Below, one piece after another: positions 45,024 to 53,126 of a stretch of 64,000 nucleotides of DNA (positions within the stretch are counted from its first letter, which is position 1; each line of letters begins with the position of its first letter). Source of the DNA: Candidatus Ribeiella danica (lineage in GTDB: Bacteria; Chloroflexota; Chloroflexia; Chloroflexales; Roseiflexaceae); assembly GCA_016717335.1 (NCBI GenBank), contig JADKFS010000012.1, positions 29,421 through 93,420 of the forward strand. Reading direction: 5' to 3'. A program made the translations under genes and the position numbers. The notes below the pieces were generated by a model. It was not told the DNA's origin. It ran no database searches and saw only the letters and a program-made list of their open reading frames with translations.

Positions 45024-46301
45024 CTAGCCGGGCAGCGCGCCGAGCCGCGCGATCGACTTCCAGTCGCCAACCTCGCAGTAGGCCACGTCGAGCGCGAACG
45101 CCTCGGCGACGTAGTCGCGGCCGTCGAGCGCGACGCGGAAGCTCGGGCCGAGCGGCGCGCCGAGCGACTGCGCGAGCGCGTACCGGTGGATCTGCCAGTC
45201 GGCGCGCAGCCGGCTGCCGGCACGGCGGTACAGCTGCTCCTGCAGGGCCTCGGCCAGCGCGGACTTTGGGCCGGCGGCCGGGCGCGCGAGCAGCTCGCTG
45301 AGCCGTGCGATCTCCCTCCAGCTGCCGGCCGGGCTGAAGATCGTGTCGAGCGCGTAGCACGCGGCGACGTAGTCCTGGCCGGCCGCGCCGACCCGCCAGC
45401 CCGGGCCCAGCGGCGGCCCAAGCGGCGCGCGCTCGGCGTACTGGTGCAGCGCCCAGCCGGGGCGGTAGGTCTCGCCGGCCTGGGCGTAGACTGCCTGCGT
45501 CAGCGCCTCGCGCAGCGGCTGCTGCTCCGGCGCGGCCAGCGCGGCCTGCCGCACGACGCGCTGCCAGTCCCCGATCGGGCTCAGCAGCGTCTCGCGGCCG
45601 AACGGCTGCGCGATATAGGCGCGGCCGGCCACAGCCAGCTCGAACGACGGCCCGACCGGCAGGCCCAGCCCCTCGGCGCGCGCCAGGCGGTGCATCGCCC
45701 ACTCCGGCCGATCGGTCGCGCCGACCTGCCGGTAGGCCTCGGCGCGCAGCGCCCGCGCCAGCCCGACCGGGCCGTCGCCGGGCGAGGGCGGCCGCGGCGG
45801 GCGCTCGTCCGGCGACGCGGGCTGCTGCGGGAAGAGCTGGCGGATAAACTCGGCCCAGGGGAAGCCGGCCGGGTCGGATTTGCGGCCGGGCGGCTGCGCG
45901 ACGTCGCGGTGGCGCACGACCATGGCGGGCGCGATCTGGTAGCGGGCCACCTTGTCGCGCGCGAGCCGCAGCAGCGCGTCGACCTGCCCGGCCGGGTACG
46001 GGTCGCGGCCGTCGTTGGCGTTCTCAAGCTCGATCCCGAGCGAGATCTCGTTGATCGCCGTCTCCCCGCGCCAGCCGGCGCGGCCGGCGTGCCAGGCCGC
46101 CAACTCGTCGGGCACGAGCTGGTAGACCTGGCCCTGCTTGTCGATCAGGTAGTGCGCCGAGACGCGCGCGGCGGCGTTCGTCAGCCAGGCCAGCGCGCCG
46201 CGCAGGCTGCCCGCCGTCGCGTGGACGACCAGCATGGCTATGTCCCGGCCGCCGCGGGCGCCGTAGTTGGGTGAGCGAACGGTGGCGATCATATGGCACA
46301 C
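45024..46301 (-). CDS. N-acetylmuramoyl-L-alanine amidase (Amidase_2/PGRP domain) with three ~65-aa C-terminal repeats
   Basis: N-terminal MLVVHATAGSLRGALAWLTNAAARVSAHYLIDKQGQVYQLVPDELAAWHAG...ISLGIELEN matches Amidase_2/PGRP zinc amidase motifs; C-terminal three repeats (YRQVGATDRPEWAMHRLARAEGLGLPVGPSFELAVAGRAYIAQPF / YAQAGETYRPGWALHQYAERAPLGPPLGPGWRVGAAGQDYVAACY / YRRAGSRLRADWQIHRYALAQSLGAPLGPSFRVALDGRDYVAEAF). Confidence 0.8.
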   Translation of the reverse strand: MCHMIATVRSPNYGARGGRDIAMLVVHATAGSLRGALAWLTNAAARVSAHYLIDKQGQVYQLVPDELAAWHAGRAGWRGETAINEISLGIELENANDGRDPYPAGQVDALLRLARDKVARYQIAPAMVVRHRDVAQPPGRKSDPAGFPWAEFIRQLFPQQPASPDERPPRPPSPGDGPVGLARALRAEAYRQVGATDRPEWAMHRLARAEGLGLPVGPSFELAVAGRAYIAQPFGRETLLSPIGDWQRVVRQAALAAPEQQPLREALTQAVYAQAGETYRPGWALHQYAERAPLGPPLGPGWRVGAAGQDYVAACYALDTIFSPAGSWREIARLSELLARPAAGPKSALAEALQEQLYRRAGSRLRADWQIHRYALAQSLGAPLGPSFRVALDGRDYVAEAFALDVAYCEVGDWKSIARLGALPG

Positions 46302-46722
46302 AACAGTAGTAAAAATCTTGTTAAATCCCTGTTACGAAGGATAGCACGGCCATCCCAGCTTATGCTATAGTAGGTTGCACGCATCTTTGGCTGCTGCAAT
46401 GCAGTGATTTCAATAGAGCTGAGATCGAGTACTTGAGTTGGAGTATCTGGCGTACATACAACGAGGTACGTTTCCACCGGGCTCATCGAAGAAGAAGCTC
46501 TCAGGCCTGGGGTAAACGGGTGTGACCGCAAGCTAAGAGCAGGCGATCGCACAGGCGATCCGGGTTCGACCGAAGACCGAAGACGGAGGGCGGCGGTCAA
46601 TCGTCGTCGGCCCTCCGTCCTCCGTCAAACAAACACGGATCAATATTCCGACTGGCTGTACTAAGGGCCGCGGAGGTGTATCGCGCTGCCCGGCGCGGCG
46701 GCAAGAGGCAAAGAGGTTATCG
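46302..46722. promoter_or_regulatory. 420-bp AT-rich (approx 50% GC) divergent intergenic region with hairpin GACGGAGGGC-n18-GCCCTCCGTC; probable promoters and possibly a small RNA
   Basis: Sharp GC drop relative to 70% flanks; no convincing ORF (103-aa track ORF has poor codon bias); hairpin at 46579-46616. Confidence 0.4.
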
Positions 46723-47412
46723 GTGCGGAGTCGATCCCTAGCCCCACGGCGTGCGCGGATCGTCCTAGCTGACCAGCAGGTGCTGTTCAGGCAAATGCTC
46801 AGCTACCATCTCTCCCACGGCGGCCATACCGTGGTCTACGAAGCCGGCGATGGCAGCGCGCTCGAGCAGGGTATGATCGACCGCGAAGTCGACATCGTCG
46901 TGATCGATCGGTATCTGCCGGGCATCGACAGCCTCGCCTACTGTAGGATGCTGAACGCGCTCCAGCCGTACATCCAGATCCTGCTCCTGGTCGCGTACGA
47001 GCACGAGGCCAGGGCCCTGCAGGCGACCGCCTTCCTCGCTGGGGCCGGCGGCTGCCTCTCGAAGGATCTCGAGCCGCAGGCGTACCTGGCGGCGATCCAC
47101 CAGCTCCTGGAGGGCTACGTGCTGTTTCACGCCGAGGTGATGCGGCGGGCCGCGCGACCGCCGATGCTGAGCGGCTCGGCGGCGCAGCTCCAGGGGCTCA
47201 CCGGCCGCGAGCGCGAGATCCTCGAACTGGTCGCCGAGGGGATGAGCAACCGCGAGATCGCCAGGCAGCTCGACATCAGCTACCATACGGCCATGAAGCA
47301 CGTCAGCAACATCATCGGCAAGCTCAAGGTGAGCAATCGCATGGAGGCCGGGCTGGTGCTGCTGCGCCACAACGAGAGCGCGATGCTTTTGCCCGATCGG
47401 GCAGACGATTAG
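46723..47412 (+). CDS. Orphan response regulator, NarL/FixJ (LuxR HTH) family
   Basis: GTG 46723 after AAGAGGCAAAGAGG; RIVLADQQVLFRQML...VVIDRYLPGIDS receiver; C-terminal LTGREREILELVAEGMSNREIARQLDISYHTAMKHVSNIIGKL LuxR HTH; no adjacent kinase. Confidence 0.85.
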   Translation: MRSRSLAPRRARIVLADQQVLFRQMLSYHLSHGGHTVVYEAGDGSALEQGMIDREVDIVVIDRYLPGIDSLAYCRMLNALQPYIQILLLVAYEHEARALQATAFLAGAGGCLSKDLEPQAYLAAIHQLLEGYVLFHAEVMRRAARPPMLSGSAAQLQGLTGREREILELVAEGMSNREIARQLDISYHTAMKHVSNIIGKLKVSNRMEAGLVLLRHNESAMLLPDRADD

Positions 47413-48230
47413 GGGCTGCGCCCCCGGCCCCCCGCCCGGGGGAACCCGCGCCGGTTCAGGCGGCTGCGCCAGGCCTTTCTTCCGGGGCGCTGCGCCCCCG
47501 GCCCCCCTCCGGCAAATGATGCCGTACCAGCTGCAATCGTCGTGGCCCATGCCCATCAACATTCCGAAGAGCCGGGTTGTATTCCCCCGCGCCTGGATTC
47601 CGCCGGGCATGCACGTCAAACATTGCAACTGAGGCGGCATTCTTTTTGGGGTCCAGGGGCGAAGCCCCGGCCGGGGGGCGGCGGGGGTGGCGGACCACCC
47701 CCGCCCGCGGGGGCGCGGGGGGCGCGCAGCCCCCCGTACAAACGTGTGCGCATCCCGCCGCGCCTGGATTCCGCCGGGCATGCACGTCAAACATTGCAAC
47801 TGAGGCGGCATTCTTTTTGGGGTCCAGGGGCGAAGCCCCGGCCGGGGGCGGCGGGGGTGGCGGACCACCCCCGCCCGCGGGGCGCGGGGGCGCGCAGCCC
47901 CCGTACAAACGTGTGCGCATCCCGCCGCGCCTGGATTCCGCCGCCGTCAAACGCCCGGTCGGGCGCAGCCGGCGCGGGGGCGCGGGGGGGGGGGGCCTGG
48001 ATTCCGCCAGCGTCAAACATTGCAACTGAGGCGGCATTCTTTTTGGGGTCCAGGGGCGAAGCCCCGGCCGGGGGGCGGCGGGGGTGGCGGACCACCCCCG
48101 CCCGCGGGGGTACGGGGGGCGCGCAGCCCCCCGCAGGGCTTGGGCGCGGGGGCACGGGGGCGCGCAGCCCCCAGACTAATTCCGCGAACTTGACAATCTG
48201 GCGGTGTTGCGGATGATCAGGAGCCGTCAG
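47413..48230. repeat. Repeat cluster: reverse-oriented CATCATTTGCC module, then ~175-bp family C unit in three tandem copies (47585-47760, 47760-47938, 47938-48130), includes a 12-nt poly-G run at 47985-47996
   Basis: Read directly; units begin CGCCTGGATTCCGCCGGGCATGCACGTCAAACATTGCAACTGAGGCGGCATTCTTTTTGGGGTCCAGGGGCGAAGCCCC. Confidence 0.9.
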
Positions 48231-48262
48231 GCAGAGGCAGAACAGCAGACTAGGTAGAACGT

Positions 48263-50737
48263 GTGGCGTCGTACAAACCCGACCCGCCCCCGCTGTTGCA
48301 GCAGTACCAGCGCGCCGCCGGAGCCGGCTCGGCAGGTATCGCCGCGTCAGCCCCCGAAGCCGGCCAGGCCCTGATCAGCTATCTGCGCGCGATCGTCGCG
48401 CAGGCCCGCGATATTCCGCTCGGCCGGGTGGGCGCGCCCGCGCGCCGCCTGCCGCTGCTCGACCTGTACCTGGAGCGCGGGCTGCTGCCGCTCGAACCGG
48501 CGGCTGAGTCGGCCGAGCGCCCGCAGCCCGGCCAGCCGCTGCTCCGGTCGCCGCTCGATCTCATCCGCCCGGCCGGCGCGCGGATCGTGCTCGAGGGGCG
48601 GGCCGGCTCCGGCAAGAGCACATGCCTGCGCCGGCTGGCGCTGGCGTGCGCCGCCAGCTGGCTGGGCGAGCCGGATCTCTACGGCGATCTGCTGGCGGCG
48701 TGGCCCGGCCCGCCGCCCCTGCCGCTGCTGCTGTCCGCGCGCGACGGCTGCGGCGCGGACCCGCTTAGCCCGCCTGGACTCGACCCCGCGGCGCGGCCGG
48801 CGATCCGCGAGCAGCTGCAGCTCGGCCGCGCGCTGGTGCTGATCGATGGGCTCGACGACCTGGCCGACCGGCAGGAGTTGGACGCCGCGCTGGCGGCGAT
48901 CGAGCGGCTGAGCGCGCAGTATCCCGCGAACAGGTACGTCGTCGCGAGCGGCCCGCGCGCCGATCGTCGGCTGGCCGGCTTCGCGCGCTATAGCCTGGCC
49001 CCGCTCGACGCCGCCGAGGTCGACGCGATGATCGCGCGCTGGTACGGGGCGATCGCCGGGGAGGGCGCGCCGGATGTTGGCGAGCGCGTCGCCGTGCTGC
49101 AGGGCCACATGCGCGCCTCCAGGCAGCTCCACGCGCTGGCGGCCAGCCCGCTCGGCCTGGCGCTCTGCATCCTCGCGCACGCCGACGGGCACGCGCTGCC
49201 GGCGGAGCGCGGGGCGATCCTGGCCCGGCTGGCCGATCTGCTGCTCGACGGGTGGGATACGGGGAGCGCCGGCCTGCTCGCCCAGGTCGTCGGCGCGGGC
49301 CGGCCAACCAGCGTGGAGCAGCGCCTTGGCTTGCTGGAGCCGCTGGCGCTGGCGCTTCAGTCCGAAGCGGGCCAAGCGGCCGAGCAGCCGGGCGCGCTGA
49401 GCGACGCCACCGCTGCGATGCTCCTGCGCGCGCCGCTCGTGGCGCTGGGCGTTCCGGCCGAGCAGGCGAGCGCGCGGCTGCTCGATTGGTGCTGCGACAG
49501 GGGCATTCTGACCCAGGCCGGAGCGCAGGGCGACCGCACGATCGCGTGGCCGCCGCTGCGCGAGTACCTGGCCGCGCGCGCGCTGGCGGCCGCGCCCGAC
49601 TTTGTCGAGCGCGCGGCTGGCCTCGGCGGCGACCCGCGCTGGCACGAGCCGATCGCCCTGGCGATCTCGGAGCTTGGCCGCGAGCGGGCGCCGCAGGCGG
49701 CCGGCGAGCTGTTTCGGCGCCTGATCGAGCGCGCCGATAAGCCGGCCAGGCGACCGGCAAGTCGCGCCCCGGCATCTGCGCCCGAGGCGGCAGAGCCGCC
49801 GTGGGGCGCGACCCTGCTCGCCGCCGCGTGCCTGCTGCAGCTGGGCAGCTCGGAGGCGCGTGTCGAAGCGCTGCGCGTGGAGGCGCGGGCGCGCCTGGTG
49901 GAGCTGATGCAATCGCGCGCGTGCCCGCTGGCCGCGCGCGTGCGGGCGGGGCTGCTGCTCGGCGAGCTGGGCGATCCGCGGTTCGCAAGCCTGCTTCCGC
50001 CGCTGGCGCACATCCCGGCCGGGGCGTTCGTGCTGGGCGCGCAGGGGCGCTACGAGGACGAGGGGCCGACGCAGCGCGTCAACGTGCCCAGCTTCTCGAT
50101 CGGGCTGTACCCGGTCACCAACCACGAGTACGCGCGGTTTCTGGCCGACGAGCTGGGCTACCCGCCGCCGCGCTACTGGCACGACCCGCGCTTCAACAAC
50201 CCGGCCCAGCCGGTCGTGGGCGTGACGTGGCACGACGCGAGCGCCTACTGCCGCTGGCTGAGCGAGCGCCTGGCCCTGGCCGGCCTGCTGCCGGCCGAGA
50301 TGACCGCGCGGCTGCCGCTGGAGGTCGAGTGGGAGAAAGCCGCCGGCTGGGACGCGCGGCGGCGCGCCAAGCGGCGCTACCCCTGGGGCGAGGAGTGGTC
50401 GAGCGCGCGGGCCAACACGGCCGAAGCGCGCGGGGCGTGGGTCACCGCGCCGGTAGGGTGCTACCCGGAGGGTGTGAGCCCGTTCGGAGCGCACGATATG
50501 ATCGGCAACGTGTGGGAGTGGATGGCGAGCGTCTACGCCAGCTACCCCGGTTCGGCGGCGCCGTTCCACGAGCCGAAAAGCTACGTGCTCCGCGGCTCCT
50601 CGTGCGTCTCGCTGCCCAAGGAGGCGCGCTGCACCTATCGCAGCCGTCTGCCGGCCGACTACTGGCGCTACCACCTCGGCTTTCGCGTGGTGGTCGCGAG
50701 CCCGCTGGACGGCGGCAGCGGTCAGCGCATCGATTGA
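48263..50737 (+). CDS. STAND NTPase with NACHT-type P-loop domain, HEAT/PBS-lyase-like repeats and C-terminal FGE-sulfatase (formylglycine-generating enzyme/SUMF1-like) domain
   Basis: GTG start 48263; Walker A IVLEGRAGSGKSTCLRRL, Walker B ALVLIDGLDDL; C-terminal YPVTNHEYARFLADE...VVGVTWHDASAYCRWL...GNVWEWM...VLRGSSCVSLPKEARCTYRSR...HLGFRVV matches FGE-sulfatase fold motifs. Confidence 0.8.
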   Translation: MASYKPDPPPLLQQYQRAAGAGSAGIAASAPEAGQALISYLRAIVAQARDIPLGRVGAPARRLPLLDLYLERGLLPLEPAAESAERPQPGQPLLRSPLDLIRPAGARIVLEGRAGSGKSTCLRRLALACAASWLGEPDLYGDLLAAWPGPPPLPLLLSARDGCGADPLSPPGLDPAARPAIREQLQLGRALVLIDGLDDLADRQELDAALAAIERLSAQYPANRYVVASGPRADRRLAGFARYSLAPLDAAEVDAMIARWYGAIAGEGAPDVGERVAVLQGHMRASRQLHALAASPLGLALCILAHADGHALPAERGAILARLADLLLDGWDTGSAGLLAQVVGAGRPTSVEQRLGLLEPLALALQSEAGQAAEQPGALSDATAAMLLRAPLVALGVPAEQASARLLDWCCDRGILTQAGAQGDRTIAWPPLREYLAARALAAAPDFVERAAGLGGDPRWHEPIALAISELGRERAPQAAGELFRRLIERADKPARRPASRAPASAPEAAEPPWGATLLAAACLLQLGSSEARVEALRVEARARLVELMQSRACPLAARVRAGLLLGELGDPRFASLLPPLAHIPAGAFVLGAQGRYEDEGPTQRVNVPSFSIGLYPVTNHEYARFLADELGYPPPRYWHDPRFNNPAQPVVGVTWHDASAYCRWLSERLALAGLLPAEMTARLPLEVEWEKAAGWDARRRAKRRYPWGEEWSSARANTAEARGAWVTAPVGCYPEGVSPFGAHDMIGNVWEWMASVYASYPGSAAPFHEPKSYVLRGSSCVSLPKEARCTYRSRLPADYWRYHLGFRVVVASPLDGGSGQRID

Positions 50738-50869
50738 TCCGCAAACCTATGCGCTTGATAGCGCGGGCGCTGGATTCGCTCGCGCAAAGCCGCAAAGCCG
50801 CAAAGAACAACGCGGTCTGATGCCTTTGCGCGTGGTGGCTTGGCGTGAGATCAATCCGTGATCAGCGCT

Positions 50870-50959
50870 TTAGCACTTGGGGCAGTCGTCGTCGGCGTAG
50901 GGGCCGTGCTCGGGGCAGTCGTCGCCGGGAGCGTCGTCGGGAAGAGGCAGATCGTCCAT
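50870..50959 (-). CDS. Possible 29-aa acidic Cys-containing peptide MDDLPLPDDAPGDDCPEHGPYADDDCPKC
   Basis: ATG at 50959 with GAAGGA ~10 nt upstream; TAA stop; GC3-rich codons; two DDCP motifs; not in ORF track (below length cutoff). Convergent with NACHT-FGE gene end. Confidence 0.25.
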   Translation of the reverse strand: MDDLPLPDDAPGDDCPEHGPYADDDCPKC

Positions 50960-51172
50960 GATGGGGTCCTTCTGAATGTAATAGATCAACGTCTATCCAA
51001 GCGTACTCGATCGCATGGACTACGACCAAGATGCGTAGATTAATGTAGCGTGACAGCGAGGAGATCTACCGAAGCGGGCCAGCGCCGGCCAAATACAGGC
51101 GCACAAAGTTATGCGATAATAGGCCCGATCGCTTGATCGTCTCGTCAAGCTGCCAAGCAGAGGGGAATTACG

Positions 51173-52138
51173 ATGTCTGGGCTGATTACCTGTATGGGCG
51201 AGATCTTGATCGACTTCTTGCCTATCGAGGAGGACGGGCGGACCGTCGGCTTTCGCATGCACCCCGGCGGCTCGCCGCTGAACGTGGCGGTTGGGGCGGC
51301 GCGGATGGGGCAGCCGGCCGCGTTCGCCGGCAAGGTCGCGGCCGACTTCTTCGGGCGCCACCTGCGCGGCTACGTCGAGTCCGAGGGCATCGACACGCGC
51401 TTCCTGCAGACGGTCGAGTCGCCTACGACGCTGGCGTTCGTGGCCTACGAGGGCGGCGACGCGGCCTACGCATTCTACGGGGACGCGGCCGCCGATACGC
51501 TGCTTTCGGTCGACGACCTGCCGCCGGCGCTGTTCGAAGAGACGAGCGCGCTGCAGATCGGCTCGATCAGCTTGCTGCGCGGAACGACCCCCGCCGCGAT
51601 CCTCGCGACCGCCGAGCGACTCAAGGGCCGCGCGCTGATCTCGCTCGACCCGAACATCCGGCCGGGGCTCGTCCACGACGAGGCCGGCTACCGGGCGCTG
51701 CTGGACCGGCTGTTCGCGCTGGCCGATGTCGTCAAGATCAGCACGGTCGACCTGGACTGGCTCGCGCCGGGGCAGCCGGTCGAGGCGACGATGGCCGACC
51801 TGATGCGGCGCGGGCCGGCGCTGGTGGTCGTGACGCGCGGCGGCGAGGGGGTGCTGGCGCTGCATGGTGGGCGCGCGTATGCAGAGGACTCGTTCCCGGT
51901 CACGGTCATCGACACGATCGGAGCGGGCGACACCTACGACGCCGGGCTGCTCGTCGGCCTGGCCGAGCGCGGCGCGCTCTCGCGCGAGAAGCTCGAGGCG
52001 CTGGCGCCCGAGGAGCTGAGCGCCACACTACGATTTGCGGGCGCCGCCGCGGCGATCAACTGCAGCCGCGCGGGGGCAAACCCGCCCAGCCGCGCCGAGG
52101 TCGCGGCGTTCCTGGCGCGCCCCGGCGGCAGCGCATAG
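51173..52138 (+). CDS. Carbohydrate kinase, PfkB family (fructokinase-like)
   Basis: 321 aa; N-terminal CMGEILIDFL...GGSPLNVAV and C-terminal DTIGAGDTYDAGLLVGL (PfkB signature 2). Confidence 0.85.
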   Translation: MSGLITCMGEILIDFLPIEEDGRTVGFRMHPGGSPLNVAVGAARMGQPAAFAGKVAADFFGRHLRGYVESEGIDTRFLQTVESPTTLAFVAYEGGDAAYAFYGDAAADTLLSVDDLPPALFEETSALQIGSISLLRGTTPAAILATAERLKGRALISLDPNIRPGLVHDEAGYRALLDRLFALADVVKISTVDLDWLAPGQPVEATMADLMRRGPALVVVTRGGEGVLALHGGRAYAEDSFPVTVIDTIGAGDTYDAGLLVGLAERGALSREKLEALAPEELSATLRFAGAAAAINCSRAGANPPSRAEVAAFLARPGGSA

Positions 52139-52175
52139 CTTCTATCTTCCATTCGGAAATCGCGCTTTGTCGTGC

Positions 52176-52240
52176 CATCCCCCACACCCACGAAAAAGAA
52201 ACCCCCGCCCCTGGCAGGGGCGGGGGTAGGGGGAGGGGTA
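52176..52240. repeat. Repeat family D copy (CCCACACCCACGAAAAAGAAACCCCCGCCCCTGGCAGGGGCGGGGG)
   Basis: Near-identical to 30890-30945. Confidence 0.85.
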
Positions 52241-52253
52241 TCCGATCAAGCGA

Positions 52254-52481
52254 CTACCGCTTGCGGCCAAACAGGAAGTAGGCGATCGGCCCGACGAAGT
52301 TGACGAACGCCAGCCCGGCCCACATCCGCTTGCTGCCGTTGATCTGCTCGGCCGGCCGGCGGCGGATATCGGCCAGCGCCGCGACCAGCAGCCCCACCTG
52401 AGCGATCACAAGCAGAACCGCGCCCGCTTTCTGCTCGGTCGTGAGGTCGCTCCAGGATTTTTTCGGCATATACACTGCCAT
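52254..52481 (-). CDS. PLD-nuclease N-terminal (PLDc_N) domain small membrane protein
   Basis: Start MAVYMPKKSWSDLT at 52481 with GGAGGA SD; two TM helices; GLAFVNFVGPIAYFLFGRK matches PLDc_N family C-terminal motif. Confidence 0.6.
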   Translation of the reverse strand: MAVYMPKKSWSDLTTEQKAGAVLLVIAQVGLLVAALADIRRRPAEQINGSKRMWAGLAFVNFVGPIAYFLFGRKR

Positions 52482-52727
52482 TGAGGTTTCCTCCACTCTG
52501 CCTGCTGGGGTGCGCCGGTGGTGCAGCCATCGGGCCGGCGCGGGCGCACACGCGCTCGCACCCATGATATCGCGTTGAGAAGCCCTGTTCGGTGAAGATT
52601 TGTTACTCTGGCGTGCCGGTGTGGATCGGCTGCAGGCTGGAGATCGGCGCTGTCGCGGCGACGGAAAACGGCGCGGGCGCCCGATCAGGGAGGCCCGCGC
52701 CGCGCGATCGATCCATCTGCTAAAGAT

Positions 52728-52913
52728 CTACTCGCCGTAGCCCTCGCTCATAACGTGGCGATATAATCGCTGGAGCATCTGGAGCGAGAGTGTCTGCGAA
52801 CCTTCCTCACGGCGCACTGGCAGGGGCGTGCGCTCCGCGTAATGGCGGCGCAGCCGGCTCATAATGGCTTCAACATACGCTCGCCGGGCATCCGTCTCCG
52901 TATTCATAGCCAC
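52728..52913 (-). CDS. Hypothetical small protein (61 aa)
   Basis: ORF with moderate codon bias; no motif. Confidence 0.3.
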   Translation of the reverse strand: MAMNTETDARRAYVEAIMSRLRRHYAERTPLPVRREEGSQTLSLQMLQRLYRHVMSEGYGE

Positions 52914-53126
52914 TACTCCTACGCACTGTAGATGTTATCATCCATCGCTCTACGTAGCTTACCAATCCGCCGAGGCTATGTCATCAACCGTTTATCATCA
53001 GATCAGTAATACTACCGTCGCTGATCTCTAAAAGCATTTCGCGTGCCGCGAAACGGGCGCCACAGCGGCGGGCAGCACGATCGGGCCCGCCGAGGGCCGG
53101 CGATTGCCCGCGCGCTCGACGCCGGC

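Noticed and set aside
46289-46600. 103-aa ORF in AT-rich intergenic region
   Set aside because: Poor codon bias relative to genome, no RBS, overlaps probable promoter/hairpin region.
48347-50674. 775-aa minus-strand ORF
   Set aside because: Antisense to the NACHT-HEAT-FGE gene.
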